Positions 17,869 through 27,739 of a stretch of DNA of 64,000 nt are shown piece after piece. The stretch covers positions 32,001 to 96,000 of the IMG/VR virus record IMGVR_UViG_2895847146_000001; one strand, given 5' to 3'. The DNA comes from a virus (lineage: Duplodnaviria; Caudoviricetes). The notes under the pieces are model-generated. The model searched no databases. It saw only the letters and a program-made list of their open reading frames with translations, and had not been told where the DNA came from. How positions within the stretch are numbered: position 1 is the stretch's first letter; every line of letters starts with the position of its first letter. A program made the translations under genes and the position numbers.

Positions 17869-18646
17869 TCACGACTCGTATTGCGCCGCAATGGCCGGCA
17901 GCATGTCTCACAAGTTATTCTTTGTCGAGCACCTGCCCCGCCTGGGCACTATCCTGGATTATGGCTGCGCCGATGGCAAGATGGCCGAGGCGCTGGCGGG
18001 AGAGGAATTTGCGGGCCGGTTTTCGTTTGGCAGCATGGCCCTGTTCGACATTGACCAGCAGATGCTTGACCGCATTCCAGAGGACTTTTGGATTTGGAAG
18101 TTCCGCGAGGAGCAGCCGGCCCTAGACATGCTGGCGCAGAGCGGAGCCGCGCCATACCCGAGCGCCATTCTGTTTTCCTCGGTGCTACACGAAACCTACA
18201 CCCACCAGCCCGGGCAGATGAACGACTTGTGGCAGCGCGTGGCGGCTACCGGCGTGGAGTATATCATCATTCGGGATATGTTTTGGCAGGAAGGGCAAAA
18301 GGGCGCTTGCCTCGGCCCCACTCGCTCACTGACAGAGGCAGGGCTTACACAACTCTATAAAGAGCACTTAACTACGCAATGGCCCTCGCTTTCGGCAGTG
18401 GCCAACCACGTTCAGTTTCTGCTCAAATACCCGTATGTTGAAAACTGGCAACGTGAGCTGCAGGAGAACTATTTCGCCTTGCCAGATTTACGCCCCGTGT
18501 TGGCTCCGTTGGGCTACGAGCCCATGCACTGGTCCCATCACCAGGTGCCCTTCATTCAGGAGCGGATAAAGACTGACACAGGCATTGAGTTACCTTTTAA
18601 CACGCACCTGACCGCCATTTTTAAGCGAAAAAACCTCCAATCTTGA
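17852..18646 (+). CDS. Class I SAM-dependent methyltransferase
   Basis: ILDYGCADG motif I, FDID, FSSVLHE, IIIRD. Confidence 0.8.
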   Translation: MAPIFSHDSYCAAMAGSMSHKLFFVEHLPRLGTILDYGCADGKMAEALAGEEFAGRFSFGSMALFDIDQQMLDRIPEDFWIWKFREEQPALDMLAQSGAAPYPSAILFSSVLHETYTHQPGQMNDLWQRVAATGVEYIIIRDMFWQEGQKGACLGPTRSLTEAGLTQLYKEHLTTQWPSLSAVANHVQFLLKYPYVENWQRELQENYFALPDLRPVLAPLGYEPMHWSHHQVPFIQERIKTDTGIELPFNTHLTAIFKRKNLQS

Positions 18647-18693
18647 TTTTCGAGATAAAAAGTAAATTTTCTGTCTTGATTATAAAGATAGAA
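18636..18693. promoter_or_regulatory. Paired 25-bp palindromic motif (site A)
   Basis: TCCAATCTTG-N5-CGAGATAAAA and TTCTGTCTTG-N5-AAAGATAGAA, 33 bp apart. Confidence 0.75.
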
Positions 18694-18768
18694 TCAGAAG
18701 TTTCTCTACCTTTAGCACATCGAAACACCGGGCACTCGTCCGGTTTTCTTTGCTCGAAAATTTCACAA

Positions 18769-18927
18769 ATGGCACAATCAACTACCGTAAATGTGAATCG
18801 GCTGGTAACACCAGCTGAGTATGCCAGGATGAAGTATGTTACCCCTAAAACGGTATACAACTGGATCAAGTCCGGCCAAGTAGCCAGCCGAACCATTGGT
18901 AATCGTCAGTTTGTAGAGCTGAGCTAG
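18769..18927 (+). CDS. 52-aa MerR/Xis-like HTH DNA-binding protein
   Basis: LVTPAEYARMKYVTPKTVYNWIKSGQV...IGNRQFV; ATG 18769. Confidence 0.78.
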   Translation: MAQSTTVNVNRLVTPAEYARMKYVTPKTVYNWIKSGQVASRTIGNRQFVELS

Positions 18928-18960
18928 AATTTGCATCACCATTTTTTACCAGCCTGTGTA

Positions 18961-19653
18961 ATGGAAATTCGCAAGATGTGGCCCGAAATCAAGGGCAAAG
19001 TTGCAGCCGTCTATCTTATTGGCAATACGCTGGATGACAGGGTTTATATCGGCTCATCCTGCCATGTGAGAAACCGCATGTCGTTTCACTTTCATTGCTT
19101 AAAGCGCGATAAGCACCACTCGGCTAAGCTTCAGAACTTCTATAATAAGTACGGCGAAGGCGTTATTACCACTTCCATTCTTGAGATTTGCGAAGTTGAC
19201 AACTTGATTGTGCGGGAGCAATACTGGATTGACTCTTACGTAAAGCACCACAAGGAGTCAGATTTGATGAACATAGCCCACAAAGCCGGAAGCTGTCGAG
19301 GCATTAAGCAAAACCCCGAGGTAGTAAAAGCTCGATGTGAACGAGCTAAGGCCAATCGACTAGCCAACCACATGGCGGAAGTGAGGGAAAGCATTGACAA
19401 GCAGAAGCGCGATGAAACAGAGATCTTGCGCAGAGCAAACAGTAAATGTGAAATATGCAACAAGCACATTGACTTAGTGTCCGATGACGATTTCCGGGAT
19501 TATCACACCATTTACAATACCAACACTGACAAGTATTGGCGGTTAGCAACCATTGACAGCCAACTATTGCTGTGCTACCATTGCCACACCAACATTGTAA
19601 GGCAGCTGCGCCACACGGTGAAAATAGCAAACTGGCTTGCCAAGCAACCATGA
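18961..19653 (+). CDS. GIY-YIG endonuclease with C-terminal Cys-rich domain
   Basis: AVYLI.N....RVYIGSS...R...H, REQYWID, then CEIC...CYHCH. Confidence 0.75.
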   Translation: MEIRKMWPEIKGKVAAVYLIGNTLDDRVYIGSSCHVRNRMSFHFHCLKRDKHHSAKLQNFYNKYGEGVITTSILEICEVDNLIVREQYWIDSYVKHHKESDLMNIAHKAGSCRGIKQNPEVVKARCERAKANRLANHMAEVRESIDKQKRDETEILRRANSKCEICNKHIDLVSDDDFRDYHTIYNTNTDKYWRLATIDSQLLLCYHCHTNIVRQLRHTVKIANWLAKQP

Positions 19654-19898
19654 GGCTGCATCAGGCTCAACTACTGATGCGGGCGCACTTCCCCGAGGCG
19701 GACCGCTTGCTTTTCACCAAGGGCGGCCCCACACAAACCCTCACCCTGCTGGCCCACGGCCAGACCTTGTGCACCGCCATCTTCTCCCACTACGCGCTGC
19801 TTTCCTTCCGCTCCGACTACTACGACGAGCACGAAATGACCGCCGTTATCAACGAATTCTGTTTTGGTAAAACCCTTACTCTTCAACTTGCCGCTTAA
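19650..19898 (+). CDS. Hypothetical protein
   Basis: ATGA-coupled ORF. Confidence 0.5.
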   Translation: MRLHQAQLLMRAHFPEADRLLFTKGGPTQTLTLLAHGQTLCTAIFSHYALLSFRSDYYDEHEMTAVINEFCFGKTLTLQLAA

Positions 19899-19901
19899 GC
19901 C

Positions 19902-20450
19902 ATGAGCAACGAAGCATCTTTCACAGTAGCGAAAAGCACAGTAGAGTGCTACAAGATTCGCAGCGTCAACGGCGGGTTCGCCTGGGCTGATATTACAATT
20001 GACGCCAACAGCCGTGGTGGTCGTATTCAAATAGCCTCCGATTATGGCGACTGGCAACACTATTGGGGAGCAGCCGGCTCGGATTTCAAGGCGTTTTTGG
20101 AAGGCATAAGCCATGACTATGCTGCCTCCAAGTTTGGCGCCGAGCGGTGGATAAATGTAAAGGCCACCGTCAAGCAATATAAGCAAGACCTTATTGAAGC
20201 CCGTCGGGAGGAAGCCCTAACACAAGACGAGGCCCGCCAGATCTATGATGAGATAACGGAATTAGAACACGAATCAAACAACTCCATAGTCGCGGCTATA
20301 CAGGCCACCACTCACCTTGAAAGCTTTCTGTATGATACGTCAGGTATACCAGAATTAAGCTACGAGGACAATCCACATTTCAGACACTTCTGGGAAGAAC
20401 TGTGGCCAGTGCTATTAGCAGAGTTTAAAAAGGAGTCTGTAACGGCCTGA
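19902..20450 (+). CDS. Conserved phage protein
   Basis: GRIQIASDYGDW..YW....FK.FL......Y...K pattern. Confidence 0.65.
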   Translation: MSNEASFTVAKSTVECYKIRSVNGGFAWADITIDANSRGGRIQIASDYGDWQHYWGAAGSDFKAFLEGISHDYAASKFGAERWINVKATVKQYKQDLIEARREEALTQDEARQIYDEITELEHESNNSIVAAIQATTHLESFLYDTSGIPELSYEDNPHFRHFWEELWPVLLAEFKKESVTA

Positions 20451-20453
20451 GCC

Positions 20454-20708
20454 ATGAAAGAGTCACGCTGGCGGCTGCTGTTCCGCCCTAAGATCATGGA
20501 TCTACTGGCCGAGATACCAGCCGGAACGCCCGAACAAGAAGTTCGGCGCCTTATGCGGGGAAAGGGCCCCACGCAGACCTCGCACCTGCCAAAAATGTGG
20601 AGCAAGGAGCTAAATGCGCAGCTGGACGCCCGGTTTGACCGCACCCGCTTCACGAATCTGGGCCGCCCCATAGCCCGCCCAAATCCAAACCAACAATCAC
20701 TGTTCTAG
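20454..20708 (+). CDS. Hypothetical protein
   Basis: 84-aa ORF in operon. Confidence 0.55.
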   Translation: MKESRWRLLFRPKIMDLLAEIPAGTPEQEVRRLMRGKGPTQTSHLPKMWSKELNAQLDARFDRTRFTNLGRPIARPNPNQQSLF

Positions 20709-20714
20709 CCCACC

Positions 20715-21785
20715 ATGACAGCCGCCGTCCTCCAGCACCCTAGCGCAGTTCTTACGGTATCCCGCACCGAGCCGGAGCAGCAAACCGTTCGGGGCTTCAT
20801 TCTCTCGGTGGCCGGCATGCACCCAGCTCCCAAGCAGGCGCTGGCCGAGGTTTGCGGCCAGCACTTCGCCGGCCTGACGGTAACCAACAAGACGCTGGTG
20901 CAGGCCCTGGGCATGACCGAGCCAATGGTTTCCCGCCACCTCAAGCGCCTGGTGGAAATGGACCTGATTGTGGTGCAAAGCTCGCCCCGCAGCATCCTGC
21001 CTTCTGCCTTACTGGTCGAGGCTATTGGCCGTCGGGACAGCGAAAAAGTTACCGAAACTGCCCGCAAAAGTTACCGATACTCGGAAAAAGTTACCGAAAC
21101 TCCCCGGGCCGATTTGGGAAAAGTTACCGAAACTCTCTCAAAAGTTACCGAAACTCACCCAAATCTTACCGAAACTCCGGTAAAAGTTACCGAAACTCCA
21201 AAAGTTACCGAAACTCCGGTGCTGGCCCGCCAGATACAGGAGCTTACCGCCGAAAATCAGCGGCTGACTACCGAGCTGGAAACGACCACCTCGCAACGCG
21301 ACAAGGCCGTGGCCGCCTGGAAGGAGCAGAAGAAACTGATAGCCGAGTTGCAGCAACGAGTGGCCGAACTGCAAACCTTGCCCGTGCCGGTGGCGCCAAC
21401 GCCCGCCCCGGCCGCAAAGAAGAAAATCAGCACCACGGCCAAGATGCTGCTCCGGAATTCAGCCGTCAACACCTTGGCCCTGTTCACGGCCGCCTGGACG
21501 GAAGCCGCCGCCAAGAATCCGGACCGCTACGCCAAATACGCCGCCGCCGACCTGGCCCACTACCACGAGAGTTTCCTGGATTGGTCGGACAGCAACAACG
21601 AAACCAAGGCCGACTGGCTGGCCACCATTCGCGGAGGCATGCGCCGCGACCTGGAGAAAGGCGAGTTCAAAACCGGCCGGCCGATGGCGAGCCAGCAGAC
21701 CAGCTCATCTGGTCTTACGCCCGAGCAGCGCCAAAAGCAAGTAGAGGCATTGCGAGCCCGCAACGCCCAACAACCTACCCGCTAA
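20715..21785 (+). CDS. Replication initiator (lambda O-like organisation)
   Basis: N-terminal winged HTH, internal iteron array, C-terminal K.DW.AT.R..M motif; upstream of DnaB. Confidence 0.75.
   Translation: MTAAVLQHPSAVLTVSRTEPEQQTVRGFILSVAGMHPAPKQALAEVCGQHFAGLTVTNKTLVQALGMTEPMVSRHLKRLVEMDLIVVQSSPRSILPSALLVEAIGRRDSEKVTETARKSYRYSEKVTETPRADLGKVTETLSKVTETHPNLTETPVKVTETPKVTETPVLARQIQELTAENQRLTTELETTTSQRDKAVAAWKEQKKLIAELQQRVAELQTLPVPVAPTPAPAAKKKISTTAKMLLRNSAVNTLALFTAAWTEAAAKNPDRYAKYAAADLAHYHESFLDWSDSNNETKADWLATIRGGMRRDLEKGEFKTGRPMASQQTSSSGLTPEQRQKQVEALRARNAQQPTR
21044..21216 (+). repeat. Iteron array, putative phage replication origin
   Basis: Eight copies of AAAAGTTACCGAAACTC at 21044, 21066, 21086, 21119, 21140, 21161, 21182 and 21200. 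Confidence 0.85.
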
Positions 21786-21803
21786 CCCTTCACAACCCCT
21801 GTT

Positions 21804-22301
21804 ATGAGCACACTCAAAATCACCGGCAAACCCTCAGACAACACGCGCCTGCCCGGCACCGGCTCATTTTACAAGTACACCCATGTAGAGGCTTATCTTG
21901 ATAGGGGAGCCAAAATAATTGATGTACTGCGAGAAGCAGCCCGCATAATGGATAGTCAAACGGCCAGTACTGCAACCGGCGCGGGGGATGAGTTGGAGCA
22001 GCATTATTGGAGAAAGCTATACAACCAAGAGGTTGAAGTATATGCCGTTCGCAAAGGTGGTGTTACCACTATCAGTCGCTCTACGGGCCAAACGTTAGTA
22101 GTTCAAGCCCCCGTTACAGGCCGCAAAAAGATTGGCTATGGCTGGAATACTTGGACGTTTCAGTATGTGGGGGATGCCTCTATTCTAAATGATGTGGCTG
22201 GATATTTTTGGGGCCAAGACTCGCGGGGGTATGGCCCAGGGGGGATAGACTCTAAAACAGATACTGAAGTCGTTTGGGGCCAGTCGGCCAGTTGCGACTA
22301 A
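21804..22301 (+). CDS. Hypothetical protein (lower-GC insertion)
   Basis: 165-aa ORF. Confidence 0.55.
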   Translation: MSTLKITGKPSDNTRLPGTGSFYKYTHVEAYLDRGAKIIDVLREAARIMDSQTASTATGAGDELEQHYWRKLYNQEVEVYAVRKGGVTTISRSTGQTLVVQAPVTGRKKIGYGWNTWTFQYVGDASILNDVAGYFWGQDSRGYGPGGIDSKTDTEVVWGQSASCD

Positions 22302-22304
22302 GCC

Positions 22305-22775
22305 GTGATTGCCGAGTTTGAAGCCCGCCTGCACGAAGCATTCCAGCCCTTCCTGCAGCAGGCCCAGCGCCGCCGCAACCGCATCAAGGCCCTGGAAGCC
22401 CAGCCCCAGACCGAGGCCACGGCCAAGTCCATAGAGATTGAAAAGCGCGAGGTCAAGACCATTGTGGAGGCCGCCAAGCAGTTCAACGCCCTCTTTGCCG
22501 ACATGCGGGCTGCCGTCGAGCACCAGCAGCAAGTCACCGAGAAAATGAAGGCCACCCTCATTCCCGAGGTCGAAAAGGCCGACTACTTCGAAACCCAATT
22601 CTTCCGCGCCGTCGATGCCCTGACCGAATACGCCCCTGAACTCCCAGACGAAAAGTGGCCCAGCGTGTTGCTGGCCGGCTATATGTCTATCCTGCGCGTA
22701 GTCCACCTGCGCAATGCCCCGGCCACGTACCAGGCCACCTATCCGACGCGCTACCCCATGCCTGCTCATGCTTGA
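22305..22775 (+). CDS. Coiled-coil hypothetical protein
   Basis: 156-aa ORF overlapping the dnaB start. Confidence 0.6.
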   Translation: MIAEFEARLHEAFQPFLQQAQRRRNRIKALEAQPQTEATAKSIEIEKREVKTIVEAAKQFNALFADMRAAVEHQQQVTEKMKATLIPEVEKADYFETQFFRAVDALTEYAPELPDEKWPSVLLAGYMSILRVVHLRNAPATYQATYPTRYPMPAHA

Positions 22776-24288
22776 CCTTTCCGAACTAGACGAACCTACC
22801 ACCCTAGCCGATACCAGCGCGGCCTTGCCAGCCATTGTGCCGCCGCACGCTACGGATGTGGAACGGGTTGTGCTCAACACCATTCTTACCCAACCCGACG
22901 GCCTGCGTGTAGCCCTCACTCTACTCAAAGCGCCCGAGGTCTTTTACCAGCCCATCCACCGCTTTGCCTACGAAGCGGCCGTGGAGCTGCACGGCGCCGG
23001 CCTGGCCGTGGACTACCTTTCCGTTACCGAGCAGCTGCGCACGATGGGCCGGCTTTCCGCTGCTGGCGGCCCAAACGCCATTGCCACGCTGGCCCGGGTC
23101 AACAGCAACCACGACACGGAAACCCACTGTCTGAAGCTGCTCGAATACTACACGCTCCGCCAAGTACTGGCCGCCGCCCAGCAGATGATCCGCGACGTGC
23201 AGGACAGCACCCAGAAGCCGCTGGAAATTGTGGCCAAAGCTCAGCAGGGCCTCAGCGCCTGTGTCGATGCCATGACCACGCGCAAAGCGCAGTCACTGAA
23301 CGAGCTATACGACCCGGCATTTCAGGCCATCCAGGATGCCATGACCCGTAAGGGCCTCGTGGGCGTACCCTCCGGCATTGAGGAAATCGACAAAGTAACC
23401 GGAGGCTGGCAGGGCGGTAAATTTATCATCATTGCCGCACGGCCAGGTATGGGCAAAACCAGCCTGGGCCTGCAAATGGCTCGCAACGCGGTAGTAGACT
23501 TCCGCAAGCCCGGCGCCTTCTTCTCGCTGGAAATGAGCGAGCAGGAACTAGCCATCAAGCTGATTGCCCTGGAAACCTTGTGCACGGCCAGCGAGCTGAC
23601 CAAGGGCCAACTACCCGACGGCGTGACACTAGACGATCTGCGTGCCAAATCGAAGAAGCTCCGCACCGACGGACTACTGTTCGATGATAACAGCAGCCTA
23701 ACCATTTCGCAGCTGCGGGCCAAGGCTTCGCGCATGAAGGCCGAGCAGGGCATTGAGTGGATAATGATTGACTACGTGCAATTAATGAAGGGCGAGGGCG
23801 GCAAGGCAGGTAACCGCGAGCAGGAGCTGGCGGCCATTTCCCGGGGATGCAAGCAGTTGGCCAAGGAGCTGAATATTCCTGTGATTGCTTTTGCCCAGCT
23901 GAGCCGCATCGTGGAAAACCGGCCAGACAAGAAAGCCCTGCTCAGCGACTTGCGCGAGTCGGGTGCCCTGGAGCAGGACGCGGACATGGTAATCTTTCCG
24001 TGGCGGGCAGAAGCCTACAAAATCACGGAGGACGAAATGGGCAACCCCACAGCCGGCACCGCTGAGATTCACATTGCCAAGCACCGAGGCGGGCCAACGG
24101 CCAACCCAACGATTATGTGCGACATCCAGTACGGCCGCTTCTACACGCCGGAGCCCGACTGGAACAGCTTCCACCAAGTGCCGCCCGAGCCGGAGAACAA
24201 GTTTCCCGCCAGCACCTTCGAGGACGACGCGCCCCGCAGCTTCCCGCCCCTGGACCCCAACAAAGCCACCGACGAAATTCCCTTTTGA
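22768..24288 (+). CDS. dnaB: Replicative DNA helicase
   Basis: AARPGMGKT Walker A, FSLEMS, IDYVQLM, AQLSR, DLRESGALEQDAD, AKHRGG; ATG 22768. Confidence 0.95.
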   Translation: MLDLSELDEPTTLADTSAALPAIVPPHATDVERVVLNTILTQPDGLRVALTLLKAPEVFYQPIHRFAYEAAVELHGAGLAVDYLSVTEQLRTMGRLSAAGGPNAIATLARVNSNHDTETHCLKLLEYYTLRQVLAAAQQMIRDVQDSTQKPLEIVAKAQQGLSACVDAMTTRKAQSLNELYDPAFQAIQDAMTRKGLVGVPSGIEEIDKVTGGWQGGKFIIIAARPGMGKTSLGLQMARNAVVDFRKPGAFFSLEMSEQELAIKLIALETLCTASELTKGQLPDGVTLDDLRAKSKKLRTDGLLFDDNSSLTISQLRAKASRMKAEQGIEWIMIDYVQLMKGEGGKAGNREQELAAISRGCKQLAKELNIPVIAFAQLSRIVENRPDKKALLSDLRESGALEQDADMVIFPWRAEAYKITEDEMGNPTAGTAEIHIAKHRGGPTANPTIMCDIQYGRFYTPEPDWNSFHQVPPEPENKFPASTFEDDAPRSFPPLDPNKATDEIPF

Positions 24289-24290
24289 CC

Positions 24291-24464
24291 ATGAAGCAGC
24301 CCCACGAGTACCTGCCCACGCCGACGGCCTCGCCCCTGGGCCTTGTCATTCCGCACGCCCAAGCCGTGGCCGCCATCGAGGCCGCGCTACAGGACGCCGA
24401 GAAGTACCGCACCCTGCTTCAAAAAGCTATTCGAAACTCTCAATCACCTCATTATGGCAGATAA
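24291..24464 (+). CDS. Small hypothetical protein
   Basis: ATG 24291, 57 aa. Confidence 0.4.
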   Translation: MKQPHEYLPTPTASPLGLVIPHAQAVAAIEAALQDAEKYRTLLQKAIRNSQSPHYGR

Positions 24465-25107
24465 TAAAGAACAAGCGTTTTGCGCCATTGTCACGGCACG
24501 CCTGACCGAGGACGGCTGGGCCATCTACCAGGAGGTAGAAACACCCGTGGGACGCGCCGATATTGTAGCCGTTCGGGACGGAATACGCTGGGCTGTTGAG
24601 GTGAAAACATCCATGAACTTGGCCGTCATGGACCAAGCCCGCGCCAACGCTGCCTACTTCCACTACAGCTCAGTGGCTGTAGCCGCGCCAAAAGGCGGGC
24701 CAGTAACGCGGTCCTGGCGCTTCGCTGAAGAATGCGGGCAGGTATTTGGCTTCGGTGTGATTTCTCTTCACCCCAAGTCACACGAAACGCAAATGATGCG
24801 CACTCGCTCCCGGGGCCGCCTGAACCGCCGACCACTACCTGTAAAGCTCCACGAGGAGCAAAAAAGCGAAGTGCAGGCCGGCAGCAACCGGGGCGGTCAG
24901 TGGACCACCTTTAAAAGTACACTGCGCAACCTGGAAATAGCCGTGCGTCACTCCCCGGGCATTCGGCTCCGGGATGCTATCAAGCGAATCTCGCATCACT
25001 ACAGCAACGAGCCCTCCGCCACCGGCTCTATTTCTCGCTACATCCGAACCGGAGTTATTAAAACGCTTCGACTTGAAAACGGCCTTCTCTACGAGGCAAA
25101 GCCATAA
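24454..25107 (+). CDS. PD-(D/E)XK nuclease-fold protein
   Basis: YQEV....GRADIVA......AVEVK...QA motif. Confidence 0.7.
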   Translation: MADNKEQAFCAIVTARLTEDGWAIYQEVETPVGRADIVAVRDGIRWAVEVKTSMNLAVMDQARANAAYFHYSSVAVAAPKGGPVTRSWRFAEECGQVFGFGVISLHPKSHETQMMRTRSRGRLNRRPLPVKLHEEQKSEVQAGSNRGGQWTTFKSTLRNLEIAVRHSPGIRLRDAIKRISHHYSNEPSATGSISRYIRTGVIKTLRLENGLLYEAKP

Positions 25108-25151
25108 TCTAACATTTCACTTTTTCCATTCACTTTTTCCCCTTTTACCCC

Positions 25152-25541
25152 ATGAGTACTTCGTTCACCACCACCGGCACCATCAGCCACATTTTCGAAG
25201 AACGTCAGGTTTCTGAGAAATTCCGCCTGCAGGAATTCGCTATTTCGGTACCCGACGGCAACTACCCGCAGACCATCAAGTTTCAGGTGACCAATGACCG
25301 CATCGACCTGCTTTCCCCCTACGCCGTGGGCCAGGAAATAGAGGTGAGTTTCAACCTACGCGGCCGGGAGTTTACCAAGAACGGCCAGGTCAGCGTCTTT
25401 AACTCGCTCGATGCGTGGAAGATTCAGACGCCCGGCCAGGGCCAGCAGCCCGCCCAGAGCGCCAACAAGAACCCGAACCTGCGGGCTCAGCCAGCCGCAG
25501 CACCCGCCGCCAACGACGAGGATAATGACCTGCCGTTTTAG
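25152..25541 (+). CDS. DUF3127 single-stranded DNA-binding protein
   Basis: YPQTIKFQ, VSFNLRGRE, FNSLDAWKI, acidic DLPF tail. Confidence 0.88.
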   Translation: MSTSFTTTGTISHIFEERQVSEKFRLQEFAISVPDGNYPQTIKFQVTNDRIDLLSPYAVGQEIEVSFNLRGREFTKNGQVSVFNSLDAWKIQTPGQGQQPAQSANKNPNLRAQPAAAPAANDEDNDLPF

Positions 25542-25609
25542 CAAGTGATTGATTATCAATTGTTTAATAGCCTCGCCGGTTCTACTGGCGGGGCTTAACA
25601 AACCCAGCC

Positions 25610-26047
25610 ATGACTAAAGAACAATTAGCCGCCAGCCTAGACGGCTGCCAGTACCGCGACGAAGTGAATAAGGAGTGGGCCAAGATTGCTGAAGAAGCGG
25701 GCCTGATTGTCGTTTTCGGCGCCTCTGACGACCTAATGGAGGTTCGCGGAGCAGTAGATGATGAGCTTAATGCTTGGGATGGTGTGGAGGCCGTGTTTTA
25801 CAAGCATAATACAGGCTTTTCCGTTATCGAGAACAACAGTGAAACCATCCGGGAAATTGAGGACGACTTTCACCTGTATAAGGCGCTTGGTGCTATGTTA
25901 GACCGCCATAACCTAGTTCGTATCACACCCGCCAAAGACTGCCAGTGGGACGTAATCACCACCCTACCCCACGCCAAATTCGATGTAAAGGAAGAGGAAG
26001 ACTTGTACTGTCGCGCCGTCGTTATCGACATTAAAGACCTGAAGTAG
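25610..26047 (+). CDS. Conserved phage protein
   Basis: GLIVVFGASDDLMEVRGA.DDE...W...T.LPHA.F...E....YCR pattern. Confidence 0.7.
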   Translation: MTKEQLAASLDGCQYRDEVNKEWAKIAEEAGLIVVFGASDDLMEVRGAVDDELNAWDGVEAVFYKHNTGFSVIENNSETIREIEDDFHLYKALGAMLDRHNLVRITPAKDCQWDVITTLPHAKFDVKEEEDLYCRAVVIDIKDLK

Positions 26048-26050
26048 GTA

Positions 26051-26590
26051 ATGGCACGCATCGGCCTCAGCCAAGAACAACTCGACAAGCTCACCCAGCG
26101 CAATCCGCACCTGCGGGTTGCTGCTGCGGAGCGGCCGGCGCCCACGGCGAAAGTGGTGCCGCACCCGGCCGTGCAGGAATTCATTGACCGCATACAGACG
26201 GAATCCGCTATAGCTCCGTTAGTATTTATAGTCGAGCCAATGGGCGCCCCACGGCAAACGCGCAAAGACAAATGGGCCAACCCGCCCCGGGAGGTGATTG
26301 CCCGCTACCGGGCCACCAAGGACGTCATTCGCGCCCAGGCCCTGCAGCAGGGCTACGAGCTGGGGCCGACCCTGCACATTTGCTTCGAAGTATCCATGCC
26401 AGCCAGCTGGTCCAACAAAAAGAAAGACCAGCTACGCGGTAAGCCGCATCAGCAGAAACCGGATGTGGACAACATGAGCAAGTTGTGGATGGATGCTTTT
26501 CATATTGACGACAGCCACGTTCACACCCTCCACGCCTCCAAGGTGTGGGCCGATACCGGCCGCATCTTGGTCTATCCAGAAAAACCATGA
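26051..26590 (+). CDS. rusA: RusA-family Holliday junction resolvase
   Basis: MPASWS.KKK, HQQKPDVDN..K...DA...DD. Confidence 0.88.
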   Translation: MARIGLSQEQLDKLTQRNPHLRVAAAERPAPTAKVVPHPAVQEFIDRIQTESAIAPLVFIVEPMGAPRQTRKDKWANPPREVIARYRATKDVIRAQALQQGYELGPTLHICFEVSMPASWSNKKKDQLRGKPHQQKPDVDNMSKLWMDAFHIDDSHVHTLHASKVWADTGRILVYPEKP

Positions 26591-27084
26591 GCACTACCCT
26601 AGAAATACTACAAGCCTACCCGCTGGGCACCCTAGAAGTGGAAGTAATGAACCGCTTCAGTGGCAACTCATTTCGCGCATGGGTGCGCGGGCTTCAGGTT
26701 GGGGCTGTTGGCGTTGAAGTTGAAAAGGAGGGAGCGAACGGCTACACCTCTTTTCACGACCTAGAATATGTAACCCCGGTCCTCCGCTCCTTTGAAGACC
26801 TCTGCATTCCCTTAGAAGATGGGACAGTACCAGCGGTAGAAGTAGCAAAAATCATAGGGCCAGATAAATACGATTGGGCTAGAGCAAGGGCTGAATCCTT
26901 TAACGGGCACAAATACATCGTTGTCTTTCATCATAACGGGTCAGAGCTATTCACCCTCTACAATGATGATTACGGGCTAAGCGAGTGCAGCCTACATGAT
27001 GGACTAAGGGCTATTGCCTACCTACGCTCCAAGCACTTCGCAGTGAATCTGACCCCCGACCAGTACATCCGAAAGACCGCATGA
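26587..27084 (+). CDS. Hypothetical protein
   Basis: ATGA-coupled; PVLR..EDL and YLRSKHF motifs. Confidence 0.6.
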   Translation: MSTTLEILQAYPLGTLEVEVMNRFSGNSFRAWVRGLQVGAVGVEVEKEGANGYTSFHDLEYVTPVLRSFEDLCIPLEDGTVPAVEVAKIIGPDKYDWARARAESFNGHKYIVVFHHNGSELFTLYNDDYGLSECSLHDGLRAIAYLRSKHFAVNLTPDQYIRKTA

Positions 27085-27248
27085 GCACCGACCGGCCCCG
27101 TGCCAGCGTGCTGGCCTGCCACCGCAAGCCGCAGTATAAAACCAAGAAGGACGCCGAGCACGCAAACCGCTTCATTCAGCAGTACGAGGCGTTGGCCTAC
27201 CGCTGCAAGCACTGCCGAAAATTCCACACCATCATCATTCAATACTGA
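27081..27248 (+). CDS. Small Zn-finger protein (absent from the ORF track)
   Basis: C.RK.QY.TKKDA...AYRCKHCRKFH; ATGA-coupled. Confidence 0.6.
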   Translation: MSTDRPRASVLACHRKPQYKTKKDAEHANRFIQQYEALAYRCKHCRKFHTIIIQY

Positions 27249-27451
27249 GCATGTACCCACAAGCGAGGCCGCAGGACAAAAGCCGGGAAATCTTTCTGGA
27301 CGCACGCGGCAACCTGTGCAGAGCCAGTCTGATGTTTCCCGGCGTCCTGCGCACTATCACCCACCTGCACGTCCCCCAGGGGTTGCCGGAACTGCCCCAA
27401 TATATTGCCTTCAGCACTCTTTAGCCCCCCCCCTCACAAAGACCCAAGACC

Positions 27452-27664
27452 ATGATCCAGGATTCAGATTGTCAAGATTTTATAGAAATCCAAGCCCGTT
27501 TTACTGTCCATATCGGCCAAGGTGGGGTAAGAGAGGAAACGGTAACGGTAGAAGTGCCTGCTCACTGGGACCAACTCAGTGACAATCAGAAGCGAGAATA
27601 CCTCTTTGATGATTGGAAGGAGTGGGCTTATCAGTACGTCGATGGTAGCTACGACCCCATCTAA
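27452..27664 (+). CDS. Small acidic hypothetical protein
   Basis: 70-aa ORF. Confidence 0.55.
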   Translation: MIQDSDCQDFIEIQARFTVHIGQGGVREETVTVEVPAHWDQLSDNQKREYLFDDWKEWAYQYVDGSYDPI

Positions 27665-27739
27665 GTCAACCCATCCAGCGAGGCCGCAGCCAAGTTGCAT
27701 TTGCCCCTGTAAGCTCTTACTGCTTGAAAACGAAGAACA

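Noticed and set aside
21044-21216. Possible CRISPR array
   Set aside because: 17-bp units with 1-16 bp gaps inside a CDS and no cas genes; fits iterons
27255-27695. Short duplicated AGCGAGGCCGCAG at about 27262 and 27677
   Set aside because: Only 13 bp; could be an insertion scar but there is no further support
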